Below, piece by piece: positions 47,080 through 61,900 of a stretch of DNA of 64,000 nucleotides; position 1 is the first letter of the stretch; every line of letters begins with the position of its first letter. Source of the DNA: Balanoglossus misakiensis (Eukaryota > Animalia > Hemichordata); NCBI GenBank assembly GCA_040954595.2, contig CM082579.2, forward strand, positions 11,905,834-11,969,833, read 5' to 3'. A model generated the notes under the pieces. It saw only the letters and a program-made list of their open reading frames with translations. It did no database searches and was not told where the DNA came from. Both the position numbers and the translations under genes were made by a program.

Positions 47080-48428
47080 AATAGTGAAGTGGGGAATAAG
47101 AAGACTTACGGCAAGAAGAAGTTAAAGATAGAATATTTAGTGAACAAGCGACGCCGTCTAAATTATGCAAACAAACACATTTACATGAGTAGAATCAATG
47201 ATGGGGGAAGGGGGCTGATCAAAAATGAATCAAGAGACCATATTTTTTATTAAAAGTTGAAATATTTATTCATGTTTATACACACTTATTTGTTTGTTTG
47301 TTGCCAGGTTTTAAGAAATAAATATTTAAATATATTCATTTCTGTGCATCATGTGTTTGTGTAATTTATTGAGAACAATGGAATTCAGAAAGGGCTTCAT
47401 AGTCTCTATCTAATGTAGATAAATAGCAACTGAACCACACATTACTAACATGAAATGAAACTAGAAATGCAGTTGACAGAAGGCTACCATCATTATAGTA
47501 CTGTTTTAAATCATGACATCTCACTTGAGGTAAGCAAAGTTGTTGATACTCCAAACTTAGGAAAACTGTAGGAATAAATTACCATATCAGGTTTTCAAAA
47601 ATCACGTTGATAACTTGGCCACTAGGACCACGACGTGTAGTTGGACCGGTTGGGGTTCAGAAAGCAGAGTCACCTACCCGATCCTTTCAAAACATTGAAA
47701 AACAAGTTCAATTGAAATAGGTACATGCATGTACCTATACCCGTACACGTGAAAACGCGCTTTGTCAAATCTAGCACACCGGAAGTGAGCAAACCATTCG
47801 CAAAAAACGTCCCCCATTGTCCCCCATTAGATAATCTGCTGTTTGAAGACATTGTTTCGTTCAACACTGTATAGGGAACATGAAACAACAGGTCAATTGA
47901 CTTAAACTAGGTATAGAAGGTTCAGATCGATGGTTTTTAAACTGGTACGTTCTATTGCTTGTTATGTCGATTCGAATCATGGCGGGCAAATGGTCACACG
48001 GACATCGATTTTCATGAAATTCGACTGAAATTTTTTACTTACCGTGTTCACACGACGCCATGCTGGAAGGGGGGATGTGACGTACAAGTTCAAACCGAAA
48101 ATACCCGAAAGTCGATGTACATAACGTCAATAGCAGGCCGATAACATCCAAGAGCGAACTTCGACAAATACTTCCGCATTTCCATGCCAGGGACGTCACT
48201 ATATGCAAATACAGGGTCTGAGCATGCGCAGACATATTGTAGGCAGTAGCTAAATTTGGAGGTTTGACCTACTGATAAATGGCGGAGTTTCTGCATTTTC
48301 CCCCAATAAACATTCCTTGATGAACAGTCTTTGTGCTTGTTTATTTTCTGTGTTACCTCCACCTGTCTTATCAGTTGCTAATCCAGAATAAAAGCTATCG
48401 CATTTCCTATTAAGCACCTGCTAACGAC

Positions 48429-49412
48429 TTAATCTGTGTGCCCCATCCACGGATTTAGTGGATAAAGTAAACATCGGTCAGTTCTCACTCGGTAAAAGAA
48501 GTGTGACATCAGTGACGCTCTCTCTTTCTCCAATGTTAAAAAGAAACTGTACGCAGAGTCACTGATGTGGAGAAGCCCGCCACGTGCATACTGTTTGAAG
48601 TCAGTTTCTGATAATGTCTCTCTGTGCTGGGAATGTTCGTGAACATACTGTGAAGACCAGACAAGACTTTCAACCAAGTCTTTTTTCTGGTAATATCTCT
48701 GTAACTGCTGGCGGACTGTGGGCACAAGAGAGGAACTGTATGACGAGAGATACCTGCGGTATTTATAGAGGCACTTTGCTACAGCCCATCCCCCAACATA
48801 GCGAACCTTGGCTTTTCCTGAATCCTGTATCTCTCTATCATCATTGACTCCTGGGGACCACTGAGCTCTGGCAATATCTGTAACTTCTTGGATAATTAGC
48901 TTGTGTATGCCAAGAAGTATGGTGGACATACACTCAGTATGGATGGATGACAGTGGAATGCCACATAAATTCTGAAATGACTGCATAACAGCATTACCAG
49001 TCAGGTAATTGTGTAGGTGTTCAAAATGTGCTGTGAAAGATTTACGGTCATGACTTCCTACAGTTCCTGGAGTAGCTTTACAGTTGGCTTTGAGGATGCG
49101 GTAGATAGCTGTCCACTGTTTTTCTATGAAGTGGGTTGTCTCTCTCATTTTGTCTTGGGATGCGAGTTCCTCCAAGATTGTGTTAACCTGGTATGCTGTG
49201 GTATGTGGCTTGAGTGAAAACACTGAAGTATCTTTCAGAGATGAGAGAAAGGACTTGACTTGGAAATGAAGTGGCAGAGAAGCAAAGTATTCATCATGGT
49301 TTTCTAGTATTGGCAGGGCCTCTTCAAGAGTGAAGTCAGTGATACAACTGTTTGGCTGATCTACTCCAGAACTTGCTCCATGTTCTCGTATATTATTGGG
49401 ACATCCTGTCAT
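48429..49412 (-). CDS. Uncharacterised 327-aa ORF downstream of Pif1, probably a further exon of the same TE-like gene
   Basis: Long open frame after a polypyrimidine/AG acceptor near 49436; motif KVRYVGGWAVAK...RGGLLHISDSAYSFFLTLE recalls the C-terminal region of P-element/THAP9-like transposases (by eye). Confidence 0.45.
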   Translation of the reverse strand: MTGCPNNIREHGASSGVDQPNSCITDFTLEEALPILENHDEYFASLPLHFQVKSFLSSLKDTSVFSLKPHTTAYQVNTILEELASQDKMRETTHFIEKQWTAIYRILKANCKATPGTVGSHDRKSFTAHFEHLHNYLTGNAVMQSFQNLCGIPLSSIHTECMSTILLGIHKLIIQEVTDIARAQWSPGVNDDREIQDSGKAKVRYVGGWAVAKCLYKYRRYLSSYSSSLVPTVRQQLQRYYQKKDLVESLVWSSQYVHEHSQHRETLSETDFKQYARGGLLHISDSAYSFFLTLEKERASLMSHFFYRVRTDRCLLYPLNPWMGHTD

Positions 49413-49694
49413 TTCGACTTCTCTTGCCCATGCAACTACACATAGAGAGAGGGAAATCGTTACAATTTAAGAGGTGTAATTGCAGTGAAAAAAGCTGACT
49501 GAATTATTCACAAAGCATAGTAAGTTCAAATGCATTTAATCATCTCCTGTATGTTTTACTATAAATAAAACTTTTGGGTGGCTTTTTATATTAGAACCTC
49601 AAGTAAATTTGTTTAGCATCACAGCATCAAAACACAGACTACACCAGCATAATATGCAGATGTGAATTCATGTTCAGTATATTCATGTACATAC

Positions 49695-50845
49695 CTGGTG
49701 CAAATACTTTAATTACTGCAGTGAATTTCTGCGGCTTCAAGGGTAAGTCCCTGGGCTTTGTGGACTGTATACGCCCCGGCCAGCTTCAGCGGTATTTGGG
49801 TCCTTGTTGCCACCACTATATCAGCATTTGTGTCTGATGTAACTGTCCATGTTTTTTCACATACTTTTACGGTTTGCTGTACTGCTGGAAATGATACAAC
49901 TGGCAAACCATCTTCAATGGCAATCACAGTGCCTGTCATACCATTCTTCAGCACATCTGTGCAGTTGTAGATTAGCATGACAGGTACGCTAACTTTCAAA
50001 TGCAGGGTTGCCTCTGCCAGGGTCTTCCTATTTAATGCCAGTTTCCTGCCTGTATCTGTGGCCTTATATGTTTATACCTCTCCAGGATGATCCAGGAGCA
50101 TTGTCATATTGTGGTGATGGACGTCGATGTTATGTGTATATATTGCTGGAATAAAGTCTAGTCCAAAGTTGTCTGGGTCAAGTTGCCTCCGTGTGTTTAG
50201 TAGGAGCTGGCTGCTTTCATCACTGCACTTTCCTTCAGCAATATCATTTAAAATGTTCACAAATTTTTCATCAGTTTGACGAAAAACTTTACCAAGATAA
50301 AGAGTGTGCATAAAAGTCTTGTGCCATACATCAGATTCAAAGGCATACTTGCCAGGGTCACTTGCTGTCTTAACTGGTGGTAATTGCTGAAAGTCCCCAC
50401 AGGCAATGACCTGAATACCACCGAATGGCTCTTGGTTTTTATCGAACTCCTTTAAGAACAGCATCAATTAATTCAAAAGTCTTGCTGCTGACCATTGATA
50501 TTTCATCAATAATTACAGCATCTATCTGTTGTTTTGAGTCTATTGTATATTGTTTCTTGATTTTCTATATGCTTCACAATTGATGATGGTTGTTGCTCTC
50601 CAGTGCCAATTCCCGTAAAAAAGCTGTGTATAGTAAAAGCACTTCCATACTGACTTGCTGCAATTCCGGTAGCTGCAGTAACAGCAACTCTCCGTGGTAA
50701 TGCTCTGGATATTTTCTTTATAAGGGTAGTTTTTCCAGTTCCTGCACCTCCCGTAAATAAAAACATTTTTGCCATCAATTGCCCATTTCAGTATCTGTTC
50801 CTGGTCCTTGGTAAGTAAGTCCACGGGCTGGTGATCTCTGACCAT
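49695..50845 (-). pseudogene. Pif1-family (SF1B) helicase, frameshifted and 5'-truncated
   Basis: TGGAGTGKT, ATGIAA, TIHSF, IIDEISMV, PFGGIQVIACGDFQQLPPV, VFRQTD, KNGMTG, QIPLKLAGAYTVHKAQGLTL, FAP followed by donor GTATGT. Confidence 0.88.
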
Positions 50846-51370
50846 CACCATCCCTCGTGCAGGCCAAATATCATGATATTGCCCTCGCTAACATGTGTTA
50901 TTATTTAACTATTGTCATTTTCATGAAGTTTTACTCATACCTCAGTCAAATTAAAAAAAATCATCGGTTGAATAAAATCGTATGGTCAATCCATCAGTGA
51001 TCACTCAAGTTTACTTGAAATATTTTTGACATAACGCTTTTATTGTACAGCGTAGTATATTGGTTGATGCACGAAGTTTGTATAAACGTAGAGAGAGAGA
51101 AAAAAAGCGTCTGAAATTTCTTGTAAAAAGTGCCTGTAGTCGCGTGTCATCCAAGACAGCAATCTGTTCGAAAAGGTAAAGTTGTCTTATTCTGTGCGTG
51201 AACATTATAAATATTTATAAACTACAAGCACATTATCGTGTTGGGAATTATTGATGATGTTTTTGAAGTTTACTCAGGAAGAGAAAATACAGTACTTACC
51301 AGTTGTGATAACGATCTTCATAAAACGGACTAACATTTCATTGTGAATTAGGTCTATATCCTAAAATAAC

Positions 51371-53745
51371 TGTCACGGTTGTCGCCGTTCATTCCAACAT
51401 ATTCACACCAAACAGGTTACGGGTACAAAGACATAGGCCTTACATTTAATAACTGAAATGGAACAAATACATGTCAGTTCCAACGCGTGTGGCCGGTCTG
51501 GCTACAGAGGTGAACTGCTAAATTACACACATGTATGGGAGTTCACCTCCAACAGAATACACCAAAATTCATGTAAGTGAAAAATACAGATACAATTGGA
51601 AAATTGACGCAAATTCAAGACACCAATTACTTGTGCTGAAATGAGTCCGTAGAATGCACCAAAATACAAAGCTTCAAGCAACAGGTAAGGTACAAGGAAA
51701 CTAACCTGAAATGGAACAAATAAATGTCAGTTCCAACGTGTGTGGCCGGTCTGGCTACAGAGGTGAACTGACCAATTTTATGCACAATGTCCTTTTATAT
51801 CAGCAACTACATCATAGTGCCAGATTAGCTTGTGTTCATTGGTCAAATGAAACTTCCAGGTGGTTTGCATATAATTAAGATCAACCAATTGAAGGTAAGT
51901 ACTATTACGTCACATGAATAATTGAATAACTAATTACTGCAAGATACAGGTATAACATACATACAGATATACATGTATACAAATTCAATGGATCAACAAG
52001 GCCGTTACATGCACCCCTGCGAGGAGAAATGGCGTCCTCGTCATTTAAAGTAAGTTAAAGATATTTGATTAATAGTGGCAATTAAAAAATGGTATAGAAG
52101 ATAAAGTCGTATGAGCAAACTGTTTTACATTCCATTGTTCGGGACTATATCTATCTGGAGGTCGTCTCTGTCGTGTAGGGTAGCGTGGTTCAGGTTGAGT
52201 ACTACTACTGGAGTCAGGACTGATGTTGTTGATAATAGCAGGAGTGATACCATCTGGATAGCTCGATGACAAACCATCCGTACACTGCAAAATATGATTC
52301 GAGAAATCTGAGGTAAGTAATTGAGAAGGTCCATCCGGATTAACCATACTTGTGGAGTTGTACATCAGGGAACTTTCTCTTCTGGATGGGATGAACTCTG
52401 CAGCAGTAGGATTAAGAGCATTGTGTTCTGTTGGCAAGTTGATAGTTGACACGAATTGCAATTTACCAATGCCGTCATCATCTTCGTCCACTGCATCATG
52501 GGTAGCATTGTTGATTACACCCGGTACACTCTGCTTAACATCACGCTGCGTCATCTTGGTGTTAACATCGTCATCCAGTTCGTCCGGAAGTATTGGTATT
52601 GGGAGTAGCAAATTTCTATGTAGTGTCCGCTTCCTTCCACCCTTAACTTGTTTTTGTACCACGTATACTGGAATGTCTTCTATGGGCTGTGAAATCACTG
52701 TATATGGATCCTTTTCCCATTGGTCTGCCAATTTGTAATTGTCTTTAGGTCCCGTATTCTTCACCAACACAGTATCACCAGGTTGTATTATGGCCACCTT
52801 CACTTTTCTATCATATGACTTCTTCTGCCGTTCACCAGACTTAACAGACCGTTCCGCTGCTACTTTATAGGCGTAATCCAACCGTTCGGCAAGTTTCGTC
52901 ACATAGTCTGAAACTGTTCCACCATATTCCAGGTTGGTCTGGTCTGCATGTCCGGATACATCTATAGGCAGTCTTGGTTCACGACCAAACATCAAAAAGA
53001 AAGGTGAATATCCGGTGCTTTCATGTTTTGTAGAATTATAGGCATGAACCATCGTATTGACATGTGAAGCCCATCTTGTCTTGTTTTCTTCATTCATAGT
53101 TCCAAGCATCTGTAATAACGTCTTATTAAATCGTTCGCACATTCCATTTCCCTGGGGGTGGTATGGAGTGGTCCTGGACTTCTTAATATTCGCTATTCGG
53201 CAAAGTTCCTGAATTGTATCGAGTGAAATGGTACGTCATCACTAATATGTTGCTATATCCTTGATCTGGTGTTGGTATATGGAGAAAGTCAATGCACACC
53301 ATTTCCATCGGTTGTGATGTGTGAATATTAACCAAAGGAGTTCTGGGTAAGGAAGTTGAACTTTTCCTGCGAATGCATGGTAAACAATGTTCCACTTTCT
53401 TTTGAACATCCATCGACATCCTAGGCCAGTAGAATCTTCGTCGTACCAGATCCAGGGTTTTATCTTGGCCAAAGTGTCCAAGTTTATCATGTAGTTCCTC
53501 CAGGACATCTTTTCTATGGTGTACTGGTAAGACAAGTTGCAAATATTGTATATCATCGATGAAGCATTTCCTGTATAGGACTCCATTCTTCAGAACAAGG
53601 CGTTTCCAATCTCGTATAAGTAGTCTGATATCTCCTATATGATCTCTCATAAGTGGTTTGTGGTCCTTTTCAAGCTGATCAGTCACATACTGTATTGTTG
53701 AATCTTTGGACTGCTCCGTCTTCCAGAAGTTGCAAATCAACACAG
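51371..53745 (-). mobile_element. Truncated second Gypsy element: integrase remnant plus 3' LTR (51371-52009)
   Basis: LTR TGTCACGG...CCGTTACA with an internal ~67-bp direct repeat; integrase LHDKLGHFG...FYWP...CLPC, TTPYHPQGNGMCERFN, GYSPFFLMFGR; internal deletion near 53215. Confidence 0.88.
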
Positions 53746-54660
53746 GGCGAACGTAATAAAAAGCACAAATTGCTACATATGAGAGGGCGAATCTAAACGT
53801 GATTGGGCAAAGGAAAGGAAGTGCCTGATTGGTCGAAAGTGATCTCCATCAGAATCCGTATGGCGATGCAAGGTTCTATATACTATAGTCAAATAACAGT
53901 TTATATTTGTTCTCTCTTAAAGCGAACATCAAGTTTGTTCATCAACACAGATTTTCTCCAAAAGTTACAGAGTCTGTCAGTAACCTTACAAATATCACTC
54001 TCAAAAATTTCCAACGAAAAGCAGCACGCCATTAGGTAAAATATTATGAATTATTTTGAAATTAAACAAATAAAACTTTCTATAAGGCCAAATAATAAAA
54101 TATGTGCTGTTTTGATTACCTGACATACCCTAATTTTTGCCCACCGACCCTTAACATTTTTGAGCTTCGTAAACCGGTAGTAATATGAAAATTGCGAGAA
54201 TCACGCATGACGTCATTCTTCTACATTACGGCGGCCAAAGATATAAAAAATTGCAAAATAAAAAAATTCCCTATACCTACCCTATTTTTGTAAACGATGT
54301 AATTGGAACAGCACATTGGCCAAATGTTACAGTGTCGTTGTCAGTGATTGCACCATACCTTTGTCTATTGTAACGTTGTGAGATTATCGAAATGACAATC
54401 CCAGGTATGTTCAAAATGCGGAAGGATAAATGTACGTGACACAAAATCTTCATGAAAGGAATTTGAAGTAAAGTTGGCAAGCCTGTTTATTTTATTACCT
54501 TAAAGTACAGAAAAGCAATCACAACTGTTGTTATAGTAGGAGAAAGATCTGGGAAAAAAAATTAGTGGTCTTGTAAACAGAAATTGTTAATACGTGTCAA
54601 GAAAGACTCGGTCACATTTGTCTGAATTTGACTATTGTCAACATGTTTTCGTTGATAACT

Positions 54661-55802
54661 TTATCCAAGTACTCGTTCCATCATTCGGTGAATGGCAATC
54701 ATCTGCGGAGCCAGGTTGGTAGCTATATGGATTAAAGAAGACAATATATATTAAAATAAGGTGTTCGGTTCAAAGCGAAACCAAATCACCTTCTGCATCT
54801 AATCTTCTGTCGCTTGATTGTTTCGCGCATCATTCACCAGTCAAAATGTTAACCTATGAACCTAAATAAAATACAGAGGGTCACCGGGGCTTCCAAATTG
54901 TTCAAAACTTTCGCCTGAACCGACATTTGCGTTTGAAATGTTCTGGCAAATGAGAACAAATTACTAGTAATAAATATTGTCGTACCGTAGTAGGTTCCTG
55001 TATAACCCCACCTGTATAGAGAAACCAAAATGTGTGTTGGTCAGAAGGTCTTTCAACTGTTTGCTGTATGACACGGTTCCTAACCTTTCTAATTATCTTC
55101 TTTTATCATAGTGTGTGAAATAGTTTTAAGGTATAATGATTATGTTGTGTGCATTTATATTTTTGTGTATGTATCTTTGCATGTAGCCGGTAGACCGGTT
55201 AATCATATAGTCATAATATTGTTCATAGTGCCGCCAAAACCCCAATACTCTCGTTATTTAATCTACAAATTGCTCTATTCCTCACGATATATACTCCAAT
55301 CAGACACCCTTACCTTTCATCTATTAAAGCTGTAATGCCTGCCATTTTTGAAAATGTTTTAATGAGTTTACTTTCAAACTTAATGTATTCCATTTAAATA
55401 AAATAAACGATGGGTATACATGAACCTCTGATTGTGGCCAGACAAGTTAAATAATAAATGGGTACCGCAGCCATATATTCATCCACCCATTTCAAAAGTA
55501 ACCTATTATCATGGGTATTAGAATTCAAATGGTGTCGTTTTTCAATAAGGATAATGAGAAGATAAAAGTATTCATCGATAAAAATGTGCTAAAAGTGGCA
55601 GCTCCTGGGGCTTTAAAAACGAATATTAAGATGAGCTTCTTTTGATAAGTACATACCAATCCCAGCATCCATTACCATTCCCATGGGAAACTGACGCAAT
55701 CGCTTGAGGGTAAACGATTATAATGTCATTTAATTCAGCAACTTCGTTGTAACCCGAGTTACGTGCATATTCGTCCCCGACAAATGTTCTGCAAATGATT
55801 TT

Positions 55803-55853
<51 letters not shown>

Positions 55854-55905
55854 GCCGCCACCACCACCACTACCACCACTACCACAACCATCATCATCAT
55901 CATCC

Positions 55906-55937
<32 letters not shown>

Positions 55938-58900
55938 TTGTTCATTTCCTGTTAACACTCGAAGACACTTCTGTGATACGATATCCCGTTTTCAATGAAG
56001 TAATCCGTCGTAAGCGAGTAACCTTAAAAATCAAACTCCTCTCGTACATTACATCGTATCCATTATGCACCAAAGAATATTAACCGTAATGAATACCTAA
56101 GAAAATGACATTCCGTAATTGTAACCCATACGCATTATTTTCTTACAAACAAAAGAAATAATTTATCATCATCTTCATAAACACTCACCTTCCTTGTTTA
56201 CAGCCATGCAGAGCAATATGGACCTTGCAGCCTAGAAATAATGCATTAATAATTATTTAATAACTTCATCATGGACAGCGATGAAGACCTCCTTATGATT
56301 CGCACAGCAACGCGTCCATACAGAGGGAAACATTTGACCTGAAGACGAGGCAGATGGAATTGGCAGACAGGTTCAGTATAGTCAACCGTGACCATTGCAT
56401 ATACACAAGCTTTAAGCCTAGTTGATGAATCAGCACAAGTCAAAGTCCTGGAGAGACTGTGTATGTACAAGTATGTGATTTTGTTAAATACAAATATATG
56501 AAAGATAAACGATCCAGGTTCGTGATTAAACTGAACAATTCGCTGATGTTTAACTATTTGATCAGAAGCACTTACCACTGTATCTGGTGTTACAGCCAGA
56601 TGGCACATAGACATAACCGATGAAATCCATGCTGGATTGTTCGGGATAAGACGAATAGAAAAATTCATCTTGGTCGAACTCATAAAACTGCGAATGATGA
56701 ATACATGGGATTTAAATTAAATAAGTCAGGTGGACAATGTGTCTTGCTTAACAAGTGCTGTGATGTGATCATTAGCAACAAATAGACCTGCCAATTTGGA
56801 AGAACATCAGCAAATATAAATTTGTTGAGAGAATTCTTGTTAGACCTAGTTATCCTTTTGCACAGTGCAGGTCACATTCACTGCCATCCGGGAGTCCATA
56901 CACAGAAAATGATCGACCTGTACGCAGCTGTCCACATCTGAGTGGCGCCATTCCGAATGACAGCATTTACACACCGGTTTCGATACCAAGCCTATACTCG
57001 GGGATTTTACCCAGAATGCAACGATTATCAATCCAGACGTCATCTTTACGTTTTGAGTCGATGTAAAATCGTTCATACACTGGAAGGTGATCTATCTAGT
57101 GATCTATTTACACAACTAAATTGTTTTCTACTTACAACTCCTTGAAGGATAGTGTTGCTCCCCGGTTTCTATTGGTGAAACACAAATTAATGCGTTAAAG
57201 ATTGTTTTCAAAATGCAATTATCAATTTCAGTAAAAATTTTGGAATTTTTGAAACAGCATTATTTTTATGGTATCTGTCTACGAAGTCAGATTTTTTTGT
57301 CATTTTCTTCAAAATAAAGACAAGAAATGAGTTTACAAGGAGGGAGGGGGGAAATTAAATGTAGCTGATGGTGCTGGTAGACAAAAGTGAATACGGGCAT
57401 ATTACCTTATGGATTTATACCGGCTCATCATACTTATATTATTTTTACATCGTGTAAATGAAAATAACTAATGTCGTTATCATTATTCTGTTAGCGTCTA
57501 CAATTACACATATATTTTTTTTCGAAATAAAACAAATGAGTTAATTGTTCTAGTGAGACATTACATGATTTTCACCTCTACAGACTTACCGTTAATCCAC
57601 CATACATGTGATTGAGGATGTCATAAGCCGCGTTGTAATTACAATTATTGATGTACGGGGATCCGTTATAGCCACAGCTGTTGCCATAGAAATCTGTCGG
57701 CTAAATGCACAATATAAATCTTAAAACACGGGGACAAATGCAACACTACGTTTCTGAATAGTAAATAGATTTACTGTTTCAAAAATCCTCTTCAAAAAGG
57801 AATAATAGGGTGAACTTCAACGAAAATTTCATTGGTATCCTTGGTCGTGTTATGATATCAATCTGAACTTCGATATACGGGCTATGAAAATGTCAAAATA
57901 TTCCATACACTCAGACATGAAATTTCATCATGCTACTAACAGTTTTGGAATTGTCGAACTCAACAAAATGCAAGGCGATCTTGCTTGGCTATAAATTTTA
58001 TATGGGAGGACGGCATTTTCATGTGAAACAGAACAACAACACATGACGTATTGTTTTAACCAATGCTACGTTTTTTTGTTAAACTGTGCACCACTTCTGA
58101 TTCTAATTTCATAAAAAGCTTGACTTGTATTCACTGGCCAGCAACCCGTTGTTATGGTAAATAACCAAGTCTAGCGAGATCTCGCAATGAGTGGAATGCC
58201 ATCTTCTTCATAGATCCCCCTGATTAAACTTATACTCGGCAAAATATTAGTTTATTTAGATGTCTTGAAACGTCATAACAAAGAAAATATGCATTACTTT
58301 ACTAATCTCACCTTCCCAGATTAGTTAGTAGGAAAAGAGAAGCATATTTATCTTACCGTGGCGTGTTCGGCATTGACGTCGAATTTCGTGGCAATAATTG
58401 CACCAAAAGCCGTGTAGTAATCCTCTACCGTTTTCACTGAATCTGTAAAATATGCACATGTAATAAGGCAGAATGCTATGAATAGGTCAGTTGTTCGAAT
58501 TGGTGATATCCATTTTCGGCTGTCCATTTTTTTCTGTTTGAGACAAATACCGTCATTTTAACAAATGACACAATGCACGTGTATATTCGTTATCAAATTG
58601 ATCCATCAATTCTCCTGCTTACAAGGAGTTCAAACGTGTCATTATGTAACAGGGAAATTTGCGATCATGTTGGATTTTAAGTATTCGCAAATCCGATAAG
58701 ACAAAAACATTTCGTTTATAACCAAATTCTTCTTTAATCACATGACAAAAAATGGACCTTTCTCAGTAAGTCTCCCCTTGCATTATTTACTGAAAAAATA
58801 TCAAAATTGATAATTGTGACACGAAGGCACGGACTAACACACATGTTGCGGTGTGGTTCAAAAATGATTCCTATAATGCAAGTGGGCGTAGGGGGCGTTA

Positions 58901-61900
58901 GAAACCCACCTTGTAAGACAACTGTGTCCATACTACCGCCATAGATAAACACTCTGTCATTATTCATGTAACTGACGTCATCAATGCTTGTGGTGGTAGC
59001 AGCGGTGTTTTTGGTGACCTGGACAAGATAGGGTGTGTCGATGAAAGATGGTGTGTCCATACATCTTAAAGCATATAGGGCAGCGGTCTCGGCACAATAA
59101 TATGGTACTGGCAAGGAAATGTAATTGTAAGGAATTAATCGATAACATCCATGTTACAGGGCGCCTGTGAAAGTCTCTTATAGAAACACGAGGAAAGCCT
59201 TATTTGAGAAGCTTTTATACGCATGCGCCCCACACAAAAAGTTTCCTCATCAAATTGAGTGATAGAACATTACAGGGCGTTTCCCGTAGATTGGTGATCA
59301 TTTGAATTTCTAAACAAGTTAGTATATTTGAGATTCTCGATTTCTGATGTTCCGTGGCCGAGTTTCTTTAGTTATTCTTACTTTTACAAAATGATGACAA
59401 CACCATCTACACCATGCTCTTTGCATTTTGATACTTGATAGTTGGTAATACAGTACAGTACAGTACAGTACAGTACAGTACAGTACAGTGCAGTGTAGTG
59501 CAGTGAAGTACAGTGCAGCGCAGCACAGCACAGCACAATGCAGCACAACACAGTGCAGTACAGAACAGCACAGCACAGTGTAGTAAACTGTTAGACATAT
59601 TGGTGTTATGGTAGTTTCCTAATCAGCCAATCAACGACCAGTGAATAATTTAAAGAAAAATTACCTCCGGCCATAATGCCAACACCCATAACTTCACTGG
59701 AATATGCAACATGGAATTGTGTGGCAAAACACGCCCCTGATGAAATACCGCTGACGGACACTTTAGAGCTGTCGCCTCCATAGTAACCTATAGGTAAAAT
59801 TATATGACATGTCAGATTGCTTATCCCATAAGTGTCCAAAATATCATCGCTATTATTTCGCCAAGAAAAATGTTGTACTCCTGGTGAATTGATAAAATTC
59901 TTATACAACATTTCGCACACCACACTACAGCATATGTCTGCCATCATGCTATATAAGCGATCGCTGAGTTGGAAGTTTATCCTGTAATCTGTTTGTATAG
60001 AGTTCTTGCTGTAGATGCGAGTTCAAATGGCGTCACTCTGAAAGCACCAATCGGAACAGAGGAATCCATGTTCGATTCAGGTCACTCGGTTCTTCTGACG
60101 AGCGCAATGAGAGGAGAATCTTTGGATGAAATACTAGTATTACCCCATAGCAATGTCTACACAAGTTCATTATTTAGTGTTTCTTGTAATCGGGAGTTTG
60201 AAAAATTAGATACAATACTAGATTAAACAAACATTGAATCGCACTAATGGAAAGAAAAATACACAGTGATGATATTCCGACTTCATTGAATGAATTAGTT
60301 AAAAAGGTGTCACCGTGCTAAAGTGCCACCTGCACCATATCAAATTAATCTAATTTCACCTCAGTATATTAACATTTATTACATTTATCAGTTTAATAAA
60401 GGAGTCGTGTTATTGAGTTAACCATAATTAAATTGTCGTCTTGGTAATACAAATAAGATGATTTAGGAGTATTTTAAATGACCTGTTATCTAATAAAAAA
60501 ATATTTTGCTGATAAACATATGTCGCTTTCAGTGCAGAGTCCAATAAAAACCTCAGGGAACTTTAATTCATGTTTAATTATTTTAGCGAATTTAGATTTT
60601 GAGTTCATTCAGCGGTTTGTAATTTACCTATAAAGAAAGCTTTAGCGTGGAAAACATAGAGAAAAGTTTGAATGAGCGGCACTTAATTAAATAAGGGAAT
60701 GTACAACGCTAGCTAAATTAGATAAAGTGCCATATGTCTTCCCTGGGATTTCTGACAGAGTATATGTCATGAATTCAATGCATATTCATAGTTTCGTTTG
60801 TCGCATTGCGCTTTATTTGACCTGGCGTGTGCGGTCAGTGCGCAGGCGTCCGTGTTTTTTTTCCGTATTAAATTTGGAAGTCAACGTGTATGCGTCCCCG
60901 TGTTTTTTTTACCCAAGCAGTTGCTGGAAGGAAGGTGGATACGACGCCTAAGTACATGTAAGTTTTGAACATGTCAATGCGTTAGTGAAAGTTGGTAGTG
61001 CGAATCTGAGGGGATATGATGATGGATTTTGATGGTAGCCGCCGTCGTGGATAAATACCGTTCCCTTTAAACCGGTTGTTCGGGAACTCTCTGCTGAGTC
61101 GTGGCTTCTCGTGACACGCAGCTTTGAATGAATATACAAACATCACTGTCTCTTCCATGTTATTAAAATTATCGAACGTAATTGTCATTGAAAATATTTC
61201 ACAGATGGTATTTTGTCGTTTCGTTAATTACTTACAAAAGATATCAGAGCTTTCTTTTCTGACAATAAAATAACTTGGAGATCCAAAGTGTCTCTTGGTG
61301 GCAAGCAAATTTTCCTCACGCCGTGACAGAATATCGAGTAGTGGCTGGTTTTGTAAAACAATTTTAATAATTGTTAACTTTTGTCAATTGGGGGAGGGAG
61401 TGGGTTAGTTGCTTCTTGACAGAAACTGACCAGTACCTGATGGAAACCAGGTATGCATTATTGCTTACTAAAGCGACCCGTGGCACCCCTTAATGCAAAA
61501 CAGCGGAGAAAAACATTTAGTAAGGACATCTTTCTTCTGCAAGGCGTCATTAGCATACAATTCGATGATTCTATATGTTCTGGAATAAAATTATTTCACA
61601 ACACGGGTCTAAATTGACCAATTCTACTCAAACTTGTCCCATAAAATTAAAGCCCCATTTGTTGCAACTCGGTAAAAACTATTTTACCTTAAAATAACCT
61701 CGGTTTGTCAGTAAAAGACTTATTTATGACAAAATAGCCTACAAATAAAAGAAATACCAGTTAAGTCGAAAATTCCAACAATTTCATAAAGTGAAATAGT
61801 GCAATGACTCGAAATTGCCATGTGGAGTAAGTACATTTACTTCCACGTGTTCCAGTGGATGAAATTGTGCTTTGTTTATGAAGTTTTACAGTGGGAAATG

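Noticed and set aside
54083-54322. Possible TAA-flanked Harbinger-like MITE starting GGCCAAA
   Set aside because: Right terminus is degraded and the TSD cannot be confirmed.
55626-55998. Poly-Asp, poly-Met and poly-Ser ORFs
   Set aside because: Translations of an intronic (CAT)n microsatellite; only 55657-55788 is exon.
59319-59598. Cys-rich ORFs (CTVLY repeats)
   Set aside because: Translations of a pentanucleotide microsatellite.
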